Below, piece by piece: positions 24,366 to 35,329 of a DNA stretch of 64,000 bases. Both the position numbers and the translations under genes were made by a program. Each line of letters starts with the position of its first letter. Position 1 is the stretch's first letter. The stretch is from Asterias rubens. Its lineage: Eukaryota. The notes beneath the pieces were generated by a model. That model did no database searches, had not been told where the DNA came from, and saw nothing but the letters and a program-made list of their open reading frames with translations. The stretch lies in NCBI RefSeq assembly GCF_902459465.1, contig NC_047077.1, positions 3,286,001 to 3,350,000 of the forward strand, read 5' to 3'.

Positions 24366-24729
24366 AGCCATTGGACACTTTCTGAACAGAACAAAAACTA
24401 AAAGTTCACAGATTTACAAATAACTTATAGGGTTTACAGAAGGTAGTGGTGAAAGACTTCCCTTGAAATATTACTCCATGAAATGCTTTACTTTTTGAGA
24501 AAACATTAAACAATTATCAATTCTTGATATCGAGAATAACGGATTTATTTTAAACACATGTCATGACACGGCGAAACGTGCAGAAACAAGGGTGGGTTTT
24601 CCTGTATTTTCTCCCGACTCCGATGACCAATTGAGCCTAAATTTTCACAGGTTTGTTGTTTTACATATAAGTTGTGATACACGAAGTGTGGGCATTTGGA
24701 CAACTGTTTACCGATGTTGTGCGATTGCT
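24366..24729. mobile_element. TTAA-type MITE (agccattggacac family)
   Basis: Matches 37997-~38310, ~52780-52937 and 58917-59281. Confidence 0.7.
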
Positions 24730-25645
24730 TTAAGAAAAGTGTACTGGGTGGATTTCACAAAGACTTGAGACTAGTCTTATTTCCAGTTTGTACGAGTAAG
24801 TGAGCTACTCATCCTAACTTGGGACTAGTCCTAATAAGTCCTAACTCCTTGTGAATCGACCCCAGTCTCCTTTTACATGCACTACACAACATACATGTAC
24901 ATGTATGGGACCAACGACTTGAGGCTACATGTATACACCCAGTTTGTAGGATGAAGCAATGATGGTAATGGTCTTTACAAAAGGTCAATAAAAGAAATGT
25001 TTTCAGTAGTAATTTATAAAAACCTTGAAAGAACAAAAATAGCAAGGCAATACAAAACTATATAATGTATGCTAAATGTTTGTATGTTATAACCTTTTCA
25101 CGTTAGGCTCTTATATATCTACAATAGCAGTATACACTGATCACCTGGAAAGTATTGTGTCTGATGGCTTTTCATTTGAGGACAACTTTCATGTGGACCA
25201 CAAAACAATTTATGGAAGTTGAGATACTTTCATGCATGATATTTTATCCTTTGAAAACAGGAGGAAAACATTTTCTGGGCGGGCACAAGGGCTGACCTAC
25301 TTGTTCAAGAGAAGTGTAGGGTAAAAATTGTTGGCTATTTAATAACAGTTTTTACGATTGTTCCAAGAACAAATAAAAAACCAGACCGAAGAAGGAAAAC
25401 TATCTTGCCTGTATTACTTCTCAATTGTGTTGATAGCGGTCTCATCTCAAATCTCATACTCTATCTTGGTCTTCCAGAGCAAGAACTTGAACTATGTAGA
25501 ACTAAGACAGTACAAAGACATGTTTGTTAATTGAAAGAAAAAATCTCTTTGATTTCCTTTTTTATTTGAAAGTGAAATAGGCAGAGAGAGTACAATGGCA
25601 GTATTTACATGATTTCAAAACTCAAATAAATGTCAGGTAGATTAA

Positions 25646-26023
25646 AGGCAGTGGACACTATTGGTTATTACTCAAAATAATTATTGGCATAAAACCATTA
25701 TTGGTGACGAGTAATGGGGAGAGGTTGATGGTATAAAACATTGTGAGAAACGGCTCCCTCTGAAGTGCCATGGTTTTTGAGAAAGAAGTAATTTTCAGCG
25801 AATTTGATTTCGAGACCTCACATTTAGAACTTGAGGTCTCGAAATCAACCATCTAAACGCACACAACTTCGTGTGACACGGGTTATTTTTCTTTCATTAT
25901 TATCTTGCAAGTTCATTGACCGATTGAGCTCGAATTTCCACAGGTTTGTTATTTTATGCATATGTTGGGATAAACCAACTGTGAATGCTAGTCTTTGACA
26001 AATACCAATGGTGTCCTCTGCCT
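25646..26023. mobile_element. TTAA MITE (aggcagtggacac family, Kolobok-like)
   Basis: ttaa|aggcagtggacactattgg ... ccaatggtgtcctctgcct|ttaa. Confidence 0.85.
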
Positions 26024-26072
26024 TTAAATGGTGTTTGTAGCTTTACCTGATGTGAAGAATAAGAAGTAACTA

Positions 26073-26330
26073 TAAATACTAAATAGTAAACTTGCATCAC
26101 AACCATGTATAAAATCTCTCTTTTTAAGGAGTGTTGGCCCTGAAAAGAGCCTGTGTGGTCTCCAAGGACATTTAGAACAGTTTACTCTGCCTCTGCTCGT
26201 CTTCGTTCTCCTGACGAGGAGCAGAGTATACTGTTAGAAACATCAAGACCAAACCGGCTCTTTTCAGAGCCAACATTCCCTCAAAAGAACATACATGGTT
26301 GTACCCGCATGTTTACTATTTAGTATTTAT
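26073..26330. mobile_element. Fold-back PLE-type element with a central hammerhead-like motif (family B, 26206-26249, +)
   Basis: Arms ataaatactaaatagtaaac..caaccatgta..ctgaaaagagcc and its reverse complement; centre CTGACGA-g-gagcag agtata ctgtta-GAAAC-ATC-aagac. Confidence 0.65.
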
Positions 26331-26548
26331 TGTCAGGCAGATTGTTGGTTTTAGTAAAGCACCTTTTTGTACAAAAGAAAGTATGTTAAACTAGAAAAGC
26401 ATTCGTCTCTAAAAATACAAGTCTAGAACCAACAATGATTTTACATGCACTGCATGTCTCTTGATTGAGCCATTTGAAGACGATTGAAACAAGCAACATG
26501 GCGAAACAATAATCATCCAAACCCCAACAATGTTATTGGTTTTCACCT

Positions 26549-29500
26549 TCAGACAGCAGCTGGGCTTTCCACTTCACCAGTTACCACCTCTGCATGTCCC
26601 TCATCCATAGGTTCCCCTTCTGTCACCAACTTTGCACCTCCAATGGCATGTGAACCAGTAACTGCCTGTATGCCTCCCACAGCCTGTGAACCAGTAACTG
26701 CCAGTGAAGAAGTAACTGACTGTGCACCAGTAACTGCCTGTGAACCAGTAACTGCCTGTGAAGAAGTAACTGCAGGTAGGCCTCCCACAGCCTGTGAACC
26801 AGTAACTGCCTGTATGCCCCCTACAGCATGTGAACCAGTAACAGCCTGTGTGCCTCCCGCAGCCTGTGCAACCATAACAGCCTGTCTGCCTGCCACAACC
26901 TGTGCTTGACCTCCTGTTAATGTCGGGGCACCTACCACTGCCTTACCACCTACCATGAACAGGCCTGTTGGAACTGTCTTTAATCCTGCCACCTGTCCAG
27001 CTGATAGCACTTGCATGCCTGCTGCACTGCATGCTGCAACCTGATTGCCTGACACAGGTACAGCTACCATCTGCGCTGGGGTCACTCCTTGTACTGGCAT
27101 GTTTGATGCCTGTTTACCTACTGTACTTGGTGGGCCGGCCATGACCGATGTCTGACCACCTACAACATTTGACCTCTGTGCACCCTGCCCACCAGAAGCT
27201 GGCCCCTTCCCAACAACCATGATTGTTTGCCTCCCTTCCTTCGTCCGGACTGAAAGCATGTTTTGTTTCTCTACCGGCTGACCCACTGTAAGGTTCTGCC
27301 CTGACCTCTGTGCACCCTGTCCACCAGACGCTACATTTGCCCCTGGTGTATCTGGCTTCTTCCCAACAACCAGGATTGTTTGCTTGCCATCTCTCATCCG
27401 GACTGTAACAGTGTTATGCTGCTCTGGCTGCTGACCAGCTGTAAGGTTCTGCCCTGCATCGATGGCCCCTCTGAACATCTGAGCAAACAAGCTATTCGGG
27501 GCTGTCCTACAAATCTTCTCCATGAACTTCCTCTTCTCTTCAGCAGATGGCTTTGGAATCTTCCCCAACAGGGACTGGGCAAATATGTCTTTCTTCTTGA
27601 ATAGATCTGTGATCTTGACAGGTCTAACGCTTTCATCTTGGTCGTCTTTAGATTTGCGGGTGCTTGTCTGACTGTCCGTTGAGTCCATCTCTCTGACAAG
27701 ACGCTCTACACGAAACAGAACAGCTATCACATGATTACAGCACTGGTACAAGTCATCTGTGCATGTGCAACAAGACACAACAATGTCCCCATCTGATGTC
27801 ATTAAAATCTTGCTAATATTGGCAGGTTTCTTTGCATCATATCCATCTCCGCCTGCATTCAGCTGAGCAACAGACCCCCTCACAAAGATGAAATCTGTCG
27901 AACTCTGAACTTTGATACTTCGAACGCAGACAGATTCCAAGTACTGGTATGCTTTTTTGGTTTTATAGTCGCCCAAGTAGTACGTGTCAAACGCTTCCTT
28001 GGTTAGGATGTAGTGGAAGATCTTTCCAACATCTAGGATTGGTAGAGCTGAGATATCAACACTCCAGGCATTGAGGACATCAGGATCTGTCAGACCATAC
28101 TCCTCCAAGATGGCAGTATACTCTCCCTTGCTCTGCTCCTGCTCGATCTTGAATTTCTTAGGCTCGCTGGGTCCTGCATTATTCTTCCGATTTTGAGCAA
28201 GTAAAGCACGTTCCACCAGTTCAGCTCTACGGCCTGTTGTTAAAGTGAAGAATCCAGAACAAATTAATGAAAGATTTGAATTTTTGTTTTATTTCTTGTT
28301 ATTCATAAATACCCCAGACACAGGCAGTCCTATTGGTTGAAAAGGTGGTCACATCCATGTTTACCTGGTTATAAATGGCTGACCAGTTGGCTAAAGTGCG
28401 TTTGGCATTCATAGCCATTCCTGTATTGGTACGCACGCTAAAAGTGGGCGCTAATACTGAGAACAAAATCAGTACGGTACTCGACATATAGCTGTAAAGT
28501 GTGTGGCCTGCAATTTGATCATTGCCAAAATGGCAAGAGGACAGGAATTTAACAATCTTACAAAAAGACACGTTTAAAGACAGTGGACACTATTGGTAAT
28601 TATCGAAGACCAGTCTTCTCACTTGGTGTATCTCAACATATAAGCATAAAATAACAAACCTGTGAAAATTTGAGCTCAATTGGTCGAAGAAGTTGCGAGA
28701 TAATAATGAAAGAAAAAACACACTTGTCACACAAAATTGTGTGTTCTAAACTTGAGGTCTCGAAATCAAATTCGTGGAAAGTTCCTTCTTTCACGAAAAC
28801 TACATCACTTTGGAGGGAGCTGTTTCTCACAATGTTTTATACTATCAACCTCTCCCCATTACTCGTAACAAAGAAAAGTTTTATGACGACAATTATTTTG
28901 AGTAATTACCAATAGTGTCCACTGCCTTTAATTACAGTCGGGTATTCATTAATGGGAATTAAGGATTATTGATGACTTGGTCTTAAATGATCATTTGAAA
29001 CCTTGCATGGTCAAGACCACGGCCTGATTTCATAGAGCTATAAGCACAACAAGTAACTGGGCAAATTATAAACAAGGCAAAATACCAGCAAAAATACCAT
29101 GTCACATCAACAATTTGTGACTGGTGTCCTGCTCAATTCTGCTAGGCAGAAAATTGTTAAGCCTTTTTTTTTCCTTGAAGGCAGTGGACACTATTGGTAA
29201 TTACTCAAAATAATTATTAGCATAAAACCTTTCTTGCTGACAAGTAATGGGGCGAGGTTGGTGGTATAAAACATTGTGAGAAACAGCTCCCTCTGAAGTG
29301 CCATAGTTTTGGAGAAAGAAGTAATTTTCCACCTCAAGTTTAGAACTTGAGGTCTCGAAATCAACCATCTAAACGCACACAACTTCGTGTGACAAGGGTA
29401 TTTTCTTCTTTCATGAGATCTTGAGATCTTGGTTGAGATACACCAACTGTGAAGGCTAGTCTTTGACAATTACCAATAGTGTCCACTGCCTTTAAGAAGC

Positions 29501-29759
29501 TAGCAGCTCTATGAATTTTGGCCAATGTGATAAAGGAACTTGCCTTTGGCCTGTTCCTTTTTACGCACGACCATGCCAGTTTTGAACTCAGGATGATCCA
29601 AATCTTACCAACAATCGAGTCCCCGAGATTAAGTAAGAAGAATTTCAATTCTGCCGTGGAAAACTCCAGGAAGTCTTCGATGGTGAGCTCCGATTCTGGT
29701 TCTTCAGATTTAAGTTGAACAGTCTCAACAAGACTACTGTCTATGGCAAGGTATTCCAT
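26549..29759 (-). CDS. SAP domain + SWIM-type zinc finger protein with low-complexity C-terminus, ~611 aa, probably transposon-derived
   Basis: Coding exons 29609-29759 (ATG 29759; donor GTT G|gtaaga) and 26549-28233 (acceptor aacaacag|GC). The phase-1 join builds a SAP-like motif DFLEFSTAELKFFLLNLGDSIVG/RRAELVERAL. SWIM-like CTC-x6-CCNH followed by VIAVLF. Probable 5'UTR exon with donor at 31764. Confidence 0.8.
26650..26900. repeat. Coding 18-bp tandem repeat (gcctgtgaaccagtaact), giving VTGSQA-like hexapeptides
   Basis: Repeated units are visible directly in both DNA and protein. Confidence 0.85.
28578..28927. mobile_element. TTAA MITE (aggcagtggacac family) in an intron of the SAP-SWIM gene
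   Basis: TTAA on both sides, family TIRs. Confidence 0.85.
29021..29523. mobile_element. ggcc..atttcatagagct MITE with a nested aggcagtggacac MITE (29179-29491)
   Basis: Outer ends ggcctgatttcatagagct / agctctatgaattttggcc; the inner element has its family TIRs. Confidence 0.75.
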
Positions 29760-29836
29760 TTCTTGAATCAGTGTTTGGGGATAACTGTCAAATAAATACA
29801 TCAGAGCATTGTACAAGAAACGGGATTCTAAAGTAA

Positions 29837-30195
29837 AGATGCTATGTCAGATTTTTGGCCCCAAACATTAAAAAATAGATTTTTTTGAGTGAATGGTATT
29901 TCAAAGAGTATCACCCGCTCTAACGAAAAAAAGTTGAACTTAATTACTTTTTATGGTCAGGAACCATGACAAAAATTGAAAACATTTCTGATGAAACACA
30001 TAAGAATTGGTCATGGATATATTGTCGCACTTATAATTTTGAGCACTTTTTTTCACTGCTACTAATAATTGGCGGACTTTTTCGAGCAATGGCTCAAATG
30101 AAAGCTTGTAACTTTTTCGACCCCCATCAAAATACCTATTGAATTTTAAATCAAAATTTTTGGGTCAAATCGGCCAAAAATCTGACACAGCATCT
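29837..30195. mobile_element. TTAA-type MITE (agatgct family)
   Basis: TIR agatgctatgtcagatttttggcc / ggccaaaaatctgacacagcatct; flanks gtaa/ttaa. Confidence 0.8.
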
Positions 30196-30652
30196 TTAAA
30201 AAAGCTAACGAAGGTGTGCAAAAGTTAGTATAATTATTTGTTATAAATCAGAATGTCAATTGTTGTGGCCCAAATTAAATTGTGGCAAAAGTCTGTTTTC
30301 ATCTGCAGTGCATTAAATAACATTCAAAATACATCATGGTGCACTGCAAATGCAAAACCCTGTTGTACTACATTAGTTTTAATAGCCTATAGCCCTTTCC
30401 CTTATCAGTTGCCGAAAGGCATTGTGGGAAGGAAAAGGGAGCTTACAAACATGTACCATGGAGGAAGAATTTGTACAATGCCCCTTTTTCCTTCCTCTTT
30501 TTCCTCCAACAATTGAGAAAAATCCGGCAAGGCTGGGGGGGGGGGGGGGGGGGGAGAGTCGCGATAAGGTCTAAAGGCAAATTTCAAAAATCCAACGAAC
30601 ATGACATGTCCTTGATTGTTTCATTGGCTTACGCATTCAGTGTTATTCCGGT

Positions 30653-31325
30653 GTCATGACAAAAACTGTCCGCTGAGCATGTGCAGTAGACCCCAGACAC
30701 TATTTGGCACGGATTACGTGACAAATAGTGTCCGCCCAACAAGTATTGTCCGGGCGTCATGCTGCGGGCGCGTGCTGATTATTTATAATCAAATAAATAC
30801 AAACCATGGAGGAATGTATACAACCAAGAAAGCGTTCAAGTAAATACAAGCCAAGTTAAAAAATAGAACACTTACTCTCAAAAGTATGTCAAGATTATTT
30901 TTGTACTATGGTAAAACAGTGCAGGTTTTACCGATTGTGCTAAAAGTGACGAATTATTCATAATAAAATACGACCGAGAATGCCAAGTCAAGTTACAAAG
31001 TAGACGAACTCTTAATCTCAAAAGTATGTAGATTAGTATTTTACTTATGTAATTAAAAAGAGCAGGTTAAAAGGTATGAATTGTGAACGTGCTAAATGAT
31101 AAATAATACAAATATTTATATATAAATCAATCACAAGCAGGAAAGCGTCACAAAAATGTAAAACTAAAAGGTTAAAAATGAAGCAGCAAGGCACGCAATG
31201 ATGATGCACGCTTACCGCGAACACTATTTAGCAAGCTTCCGTAAACGTCAAAGACGCTTGACCAATCAGAGCGCAATATGCTAATGAGTGGACACTTACT
31301 GCCAGCGGACAGTTTTTGTCATGAC
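30653..31325. mobile_element. TIR element, 23-bp perfect TIRs, no evident TSD
   Basis: gtcatgacaaaaactgtccgctg / cagcggacagtttttgtcatgac. Confidence 0.75.
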
Positions 31326-31764
31326 GAGAGCTTTATTCTATTTCTAAATGAATGAATGAAACATTTCTTTAAAAATTAAAAAGCTGTTGACTTACATTTA
31401 ATACAATACAAGCAATCTTTACAGTTTACACTGCCAAAACTGTGTTTAGCATGGTCAGTAAGAACATAGCACCATCATTGTAATAAAAAGAACTGATGAA
31501 CCGTTCGTTACCAATCAATCATTGGATTTTGAGGTAGGTTCTACCTCCCATGGTCATGATGGTATGATGGTTAAACATCAGTTCAGTGTCAGTGTTAAGT
31601 GTCAGTTCAGTACAGACAGTAGGCCTAGCTAGTGATGTCTGTTTGCAAGTTACACTTACAGACAGTGTGATTCACACTGTGCCGTCAGTCATCAAGTTTT
31701 TGCAGAAAATACTTCTTCTTTATCTCCCTTAATCTAGGTCATTTACACTGAATTAAATTCTTAC

Positions 31765-31925
31765 CTGTCAAGAAGGTTTGACCGAATACATACAGCCAGA
31801 AAGCAGGCATAGGAAACGTCCAAGTGCAAACGAAATCACACGTTTTCTCAGTGATGGTCCTTTTTTTGTACTTCGAAAATGGCGAAAAAGTAGCAAACAT
31901 GCAAGGCGCCCTCTGTCGGTTCTAT
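31765..31925 (-). promoter_or_regulatory. Putative first exon and promoter of the SAP-SWIM gene
   Basis: Donor gacag|gtaaga at 31764; YY1-like aaaatggcg (~31877) and CTCF-like ccgacagagggcgcc (31905-31919, minus). Confidence 0.5.
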
Positions 31926-33045
31926 AAAAATCTTTTCCCAGGGACTGCTTTATTTTGTTGTTTCAACAAAAGAATAAAGGAAATGTTTGGACCTAAAGGG
32001 ATCTTTTGAAACATTGCGATGACCGTCAAGTTGGATCAGCACACCTTTGAAATGTATTGTTCTCTGTGCTTATTATTAGTAGCGTTTTATTTTGTATTTC
32101 ATTTCTGCCAGCCCTGGCATAAGCTACGCCCTTCTCTACCACCCGCCGAGTTTAAAAACATTTCAACGACTAGATTTATCTTCTTTTTTTTGTACCTGCT
32201 TACCAAACAAAGTGACAGAAAAACAAAACACTTGACTCTTTTTATTCGAGTTAAAATGTTATTAATATTTATTTGGTTTGAGGACAAAGCTGAATGCTTA
32301 TTGTAGGATGAGATAAATAATGTTATAATAATAATATTACTAGTTTTTATTATAAAAATATAATTATAGTTTACAATTTTTGACAAGGCACAATCAAACC
32401 CATTTTAATGTGATATTAAAAGAATTGCAGTTTCCCATGAAATTAGTTTATATGAAAATAGTTTGAATTTTTGTATATCAGAATTCAATTTGATTGCAGC
32501 TTTCAGTTAAATTTTTCATTTTTTGTTTTGAGCTCTGAAGTAGGTTTACAAAGCAAATCCTTTAGAATTTAGTGAGTTTACAAAACATGATTTCCCATTA
32601 TTGAAGTCAGAAAATTAACGTAGGCAAGATTTGACAAAGTGATTTGTTTTGTGCCAGTCAATTATACTGTTGATAATAAATACAACATGATCTATGGCTC
32701 TATATGGCAAGATCTCTGGCTCTAGGTTCACCACAATGCATGATAAAAAGAAAATGGCCGACATTGAACGAGGTGAAATTATTCAGCTTGGCTACTGGCT
32801 TGTGATGATTGTGCAAACAACTTGAACCTTTCTTTAAGGTTTAAAGATGGATTAATTGCAAACTCTCATGCAATTTGTTTCAAGATTGTAAAGTACCAAA
32901 ACCAAAGTTTTTCTCCAAACTCTTGTGACAGCTTAGGGATTTCCCCTCACAAACCATTGGAGTCTCCCATCTGAAAGCTTTGCACTTTGAGATTGTCTAA
33001 AATGTAAATTCATAAAATATGACAAATTTTTAAGAACCACAGTAT

Positions 33046-35329
33046 TCAATGCGAAACCTTGCTAAGCATTTTACAAACTTTATTCATCTGTGGGCGGTTT
33101 TTAGGATTCCTCCTGGAGCACTTTTTGCCAATGGATTTCAGGAAGTGCACATTTGCTTCTTTTCCAACTAACTTGAAGATTTTCCCAAGGGAGTGAACAT
33201 CAGCAGCCATAGCAAGTTGAGCTTGACCCTTGATTCCCTCAGGTGTCAGCTTAGCAAATGTGCAATTCCCAAGATCACATATCTTAGCTCTCCAACACCT
33301 CCAGTTACCATCAGTGGCATACAGGAGGATGTTATCAGGGCTAAGATCTTGATGAATATACCCCTGATCATGAAGATGCTGGAGTCCTTGGCAGATGTCT
33401 TGCCCAATCTGCAACCAGTCCTTCTCTGGAATATCTGAGATGATGACTTTATTATTTCTCAATGCATCCTCCAGGGTTATGTTTTCTGGAATGGATTCAT
33501 TGCCAACAAACTCCTGTAGGATGCATCGGAAGGGAGATTGGTGGACAACTCCAATTACCTCAGGAAATGAGGGGTGCCCTTGGACTAGGTGGTGGGCATC
33601 AAGTTCATTACGGAATTCATCCTCCGGATGATGGTTGTAAACAATCTTTGCTGCTGATAGTCTATCATCAGGCATGACTTTAACGAGGCGTGTTGATGAC
33701 GTCTCACCACACCCTAACTCTAACCACTCTCCAAATATGCCTTCCTCTGGAGCCAATTCACTGGGTTGGTACAAACGGGTTCCAAAGTAGGTAGGTTGCC
33801 CAAAATGAGTATAAAACCCTGATCTGTTGGCACATTTTATTGAAGGTACAGGTTTGGGGGGAGTAGGTAGAGATCTATCATCCAAAGACGGAGCTGTCTC
33901 TTTGGCAGGAGATGCAGTTGAGATATTTGTTTCTGAAGATGGAGAAGTTTCTGAAGTCTCAAAGGATGACACTGAAGAGGCAGAACAATTTGATGATGTC
34001 TCAAAGCTCTGCTCATCTTGCACAAAGTCAGTAACTCTTGATTGTGTCTCATCATTGATTCCAATCTCTTGCCTGTTTAGAGATGTAAGAAGACACTTAT
34101 TATTCAATCATTATTAAAATATAAACACAAGTCTTTGTTCTCACAAACAAAGAAATCAACAGGGCTAGAGTTTAGAGGAAAGATGATACTGACTGCTTGT
34201 GTTTTTCAAAGGAGTGAGCTGATTTAAATAAATTATATGTTTTGTTATAGTCCCTTCTTGTATTAAAAATGTTCAACAATAACACTTAAAAAGAAGGAAA
34301 AAATCAATTAAAATTTAAAACTAGTAAATATTGACTACTTTTACAAACCTTGAGGACTTGATTTGTTGGGCGGAGCCAGATTGCTTTGGGGTCAGTATTT
34401 TGGCGACCTTGTCTTTCCGCCTAAAGATTGCCCGGATTGCTTTTCTCAAACCAGACATACTCTTTTGTTTTTTCCTGCGAAGAAGAGATGGTCGAGTGTC
34501 ATTAGAGAATGCTAACAAGAAATAAAAGTTTTGTGCTTGTTGTTGTTTAATTTTTTGTGTTACTTGTCTTAGTCCAGGCCTGGAATTAGGCCATGGCCTA
34601 TGTTGCCCCTGGTCTTAGCCTTGCTGACCATCAAAAGTTTCCTACTGACTTTAAGATTTCCGAATGGTAGTGCCCTTTACAAACTGAAAAATGGCCTTGC
34701 CCTTTCAACATGTTCAAAGATGAAATTCCATGCATGTCAGTCCAGATATGAGATATTATTTTGAATGATTAAGTTACAATAAAAACACATTGGAGAGCAT
34801 TCAGATATTAAGTTTTAGTTCAGATCAATAAAACAACAACCAAACATCATCTGTGCCCTCTCCTTCACCTATTTGTTGTTATGAACTTGAAATGCAGCCT
34901 TTTCTAGAACTCATTTCTTTACAAAAAAATACAATATTTATGCTTTCTTTCTAGCAAAACAGCGCAGGAATTTCATCTTAAAAAAGCCACAGCCATTTTC
35001 ATTTTGAAATGGGCACTTCCACTGAAAAAAAATAATCTTAAAAGTCAATCAGAAACTTTGAAGGGGCACCAAGGCCAACACCAGGCAGCCAGGGCCAAAG
35101 GAGACCATGCCCCTCCATTGCCCTCCAATCCAAGGCCTGCATGTAATTCCAAGCCTGTAGTGTTTGCATTGAGGTCTTACTTTTGAGTAGCTGTACTCGG
35201 CTTGTTGTATTGAGTCTCAGCAGACTCTTTGGGTAGTGCCAGCTTGACACTCATGAATGACTTGAGCTCTAAGTCAGAGGTCATCATATCTTGCATGGCT
35301 GCCATTTTAGGTAATCTGGGGGAGGACAT
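33046..35329 (-). CDS. Divergent compact protein kinase (TKL/tyrosine-kinase-like fold), ~433 aa
   Basis: Exons 35181-35329, 34349-34474 and 33046-34072 (phases 2/2, 1302 nt). LGCGETS G-loop, AAK lysine, alphaC Glu, HQDLSPDN catalytic loop, DLG, TPE, DVHSLG, C-terminal NRP. Ser/Thr-rich linker N-terminal to the domain. Probable UTR exon with donor at 35789. Confidence 0.85.
34575..34736. mobile_element. Degenerate CAGGCCTG-ended MITE, 6-bp TSD with 1 mismatch
   Basis: caggcctggaatt ... gaaattccatgcatg; flanks ttagtc/tcagtc. Confidence 0.55.

Noticed and set aside
26484-26909. Cys-rich 141-aa plus-strand ORF as a metallothionein-like gene
   Set aside because: It is the antisense reading of the 18-bp coding repeat, starts at a non-ATG codon and has no splice or promoter support.
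28299-28571. Candidate upstream coding exon for the SAP-SWIM ORF (donor aaccag|gtaaac near 28365)
   Set aside because: The phase-1 frame needed to join 28233 has a TAA just before the donor; exon 29609-29759 joins in frame and completes the SAP motif.
34475-34518. Acceptor at 34512 / TTG-started ORF MLAFSND... as the kinase N-terminus
   Set aside because: Out of phase with the upstream ATG exon; the acceptor cttcgcag at 34475 gives an in-frame join.
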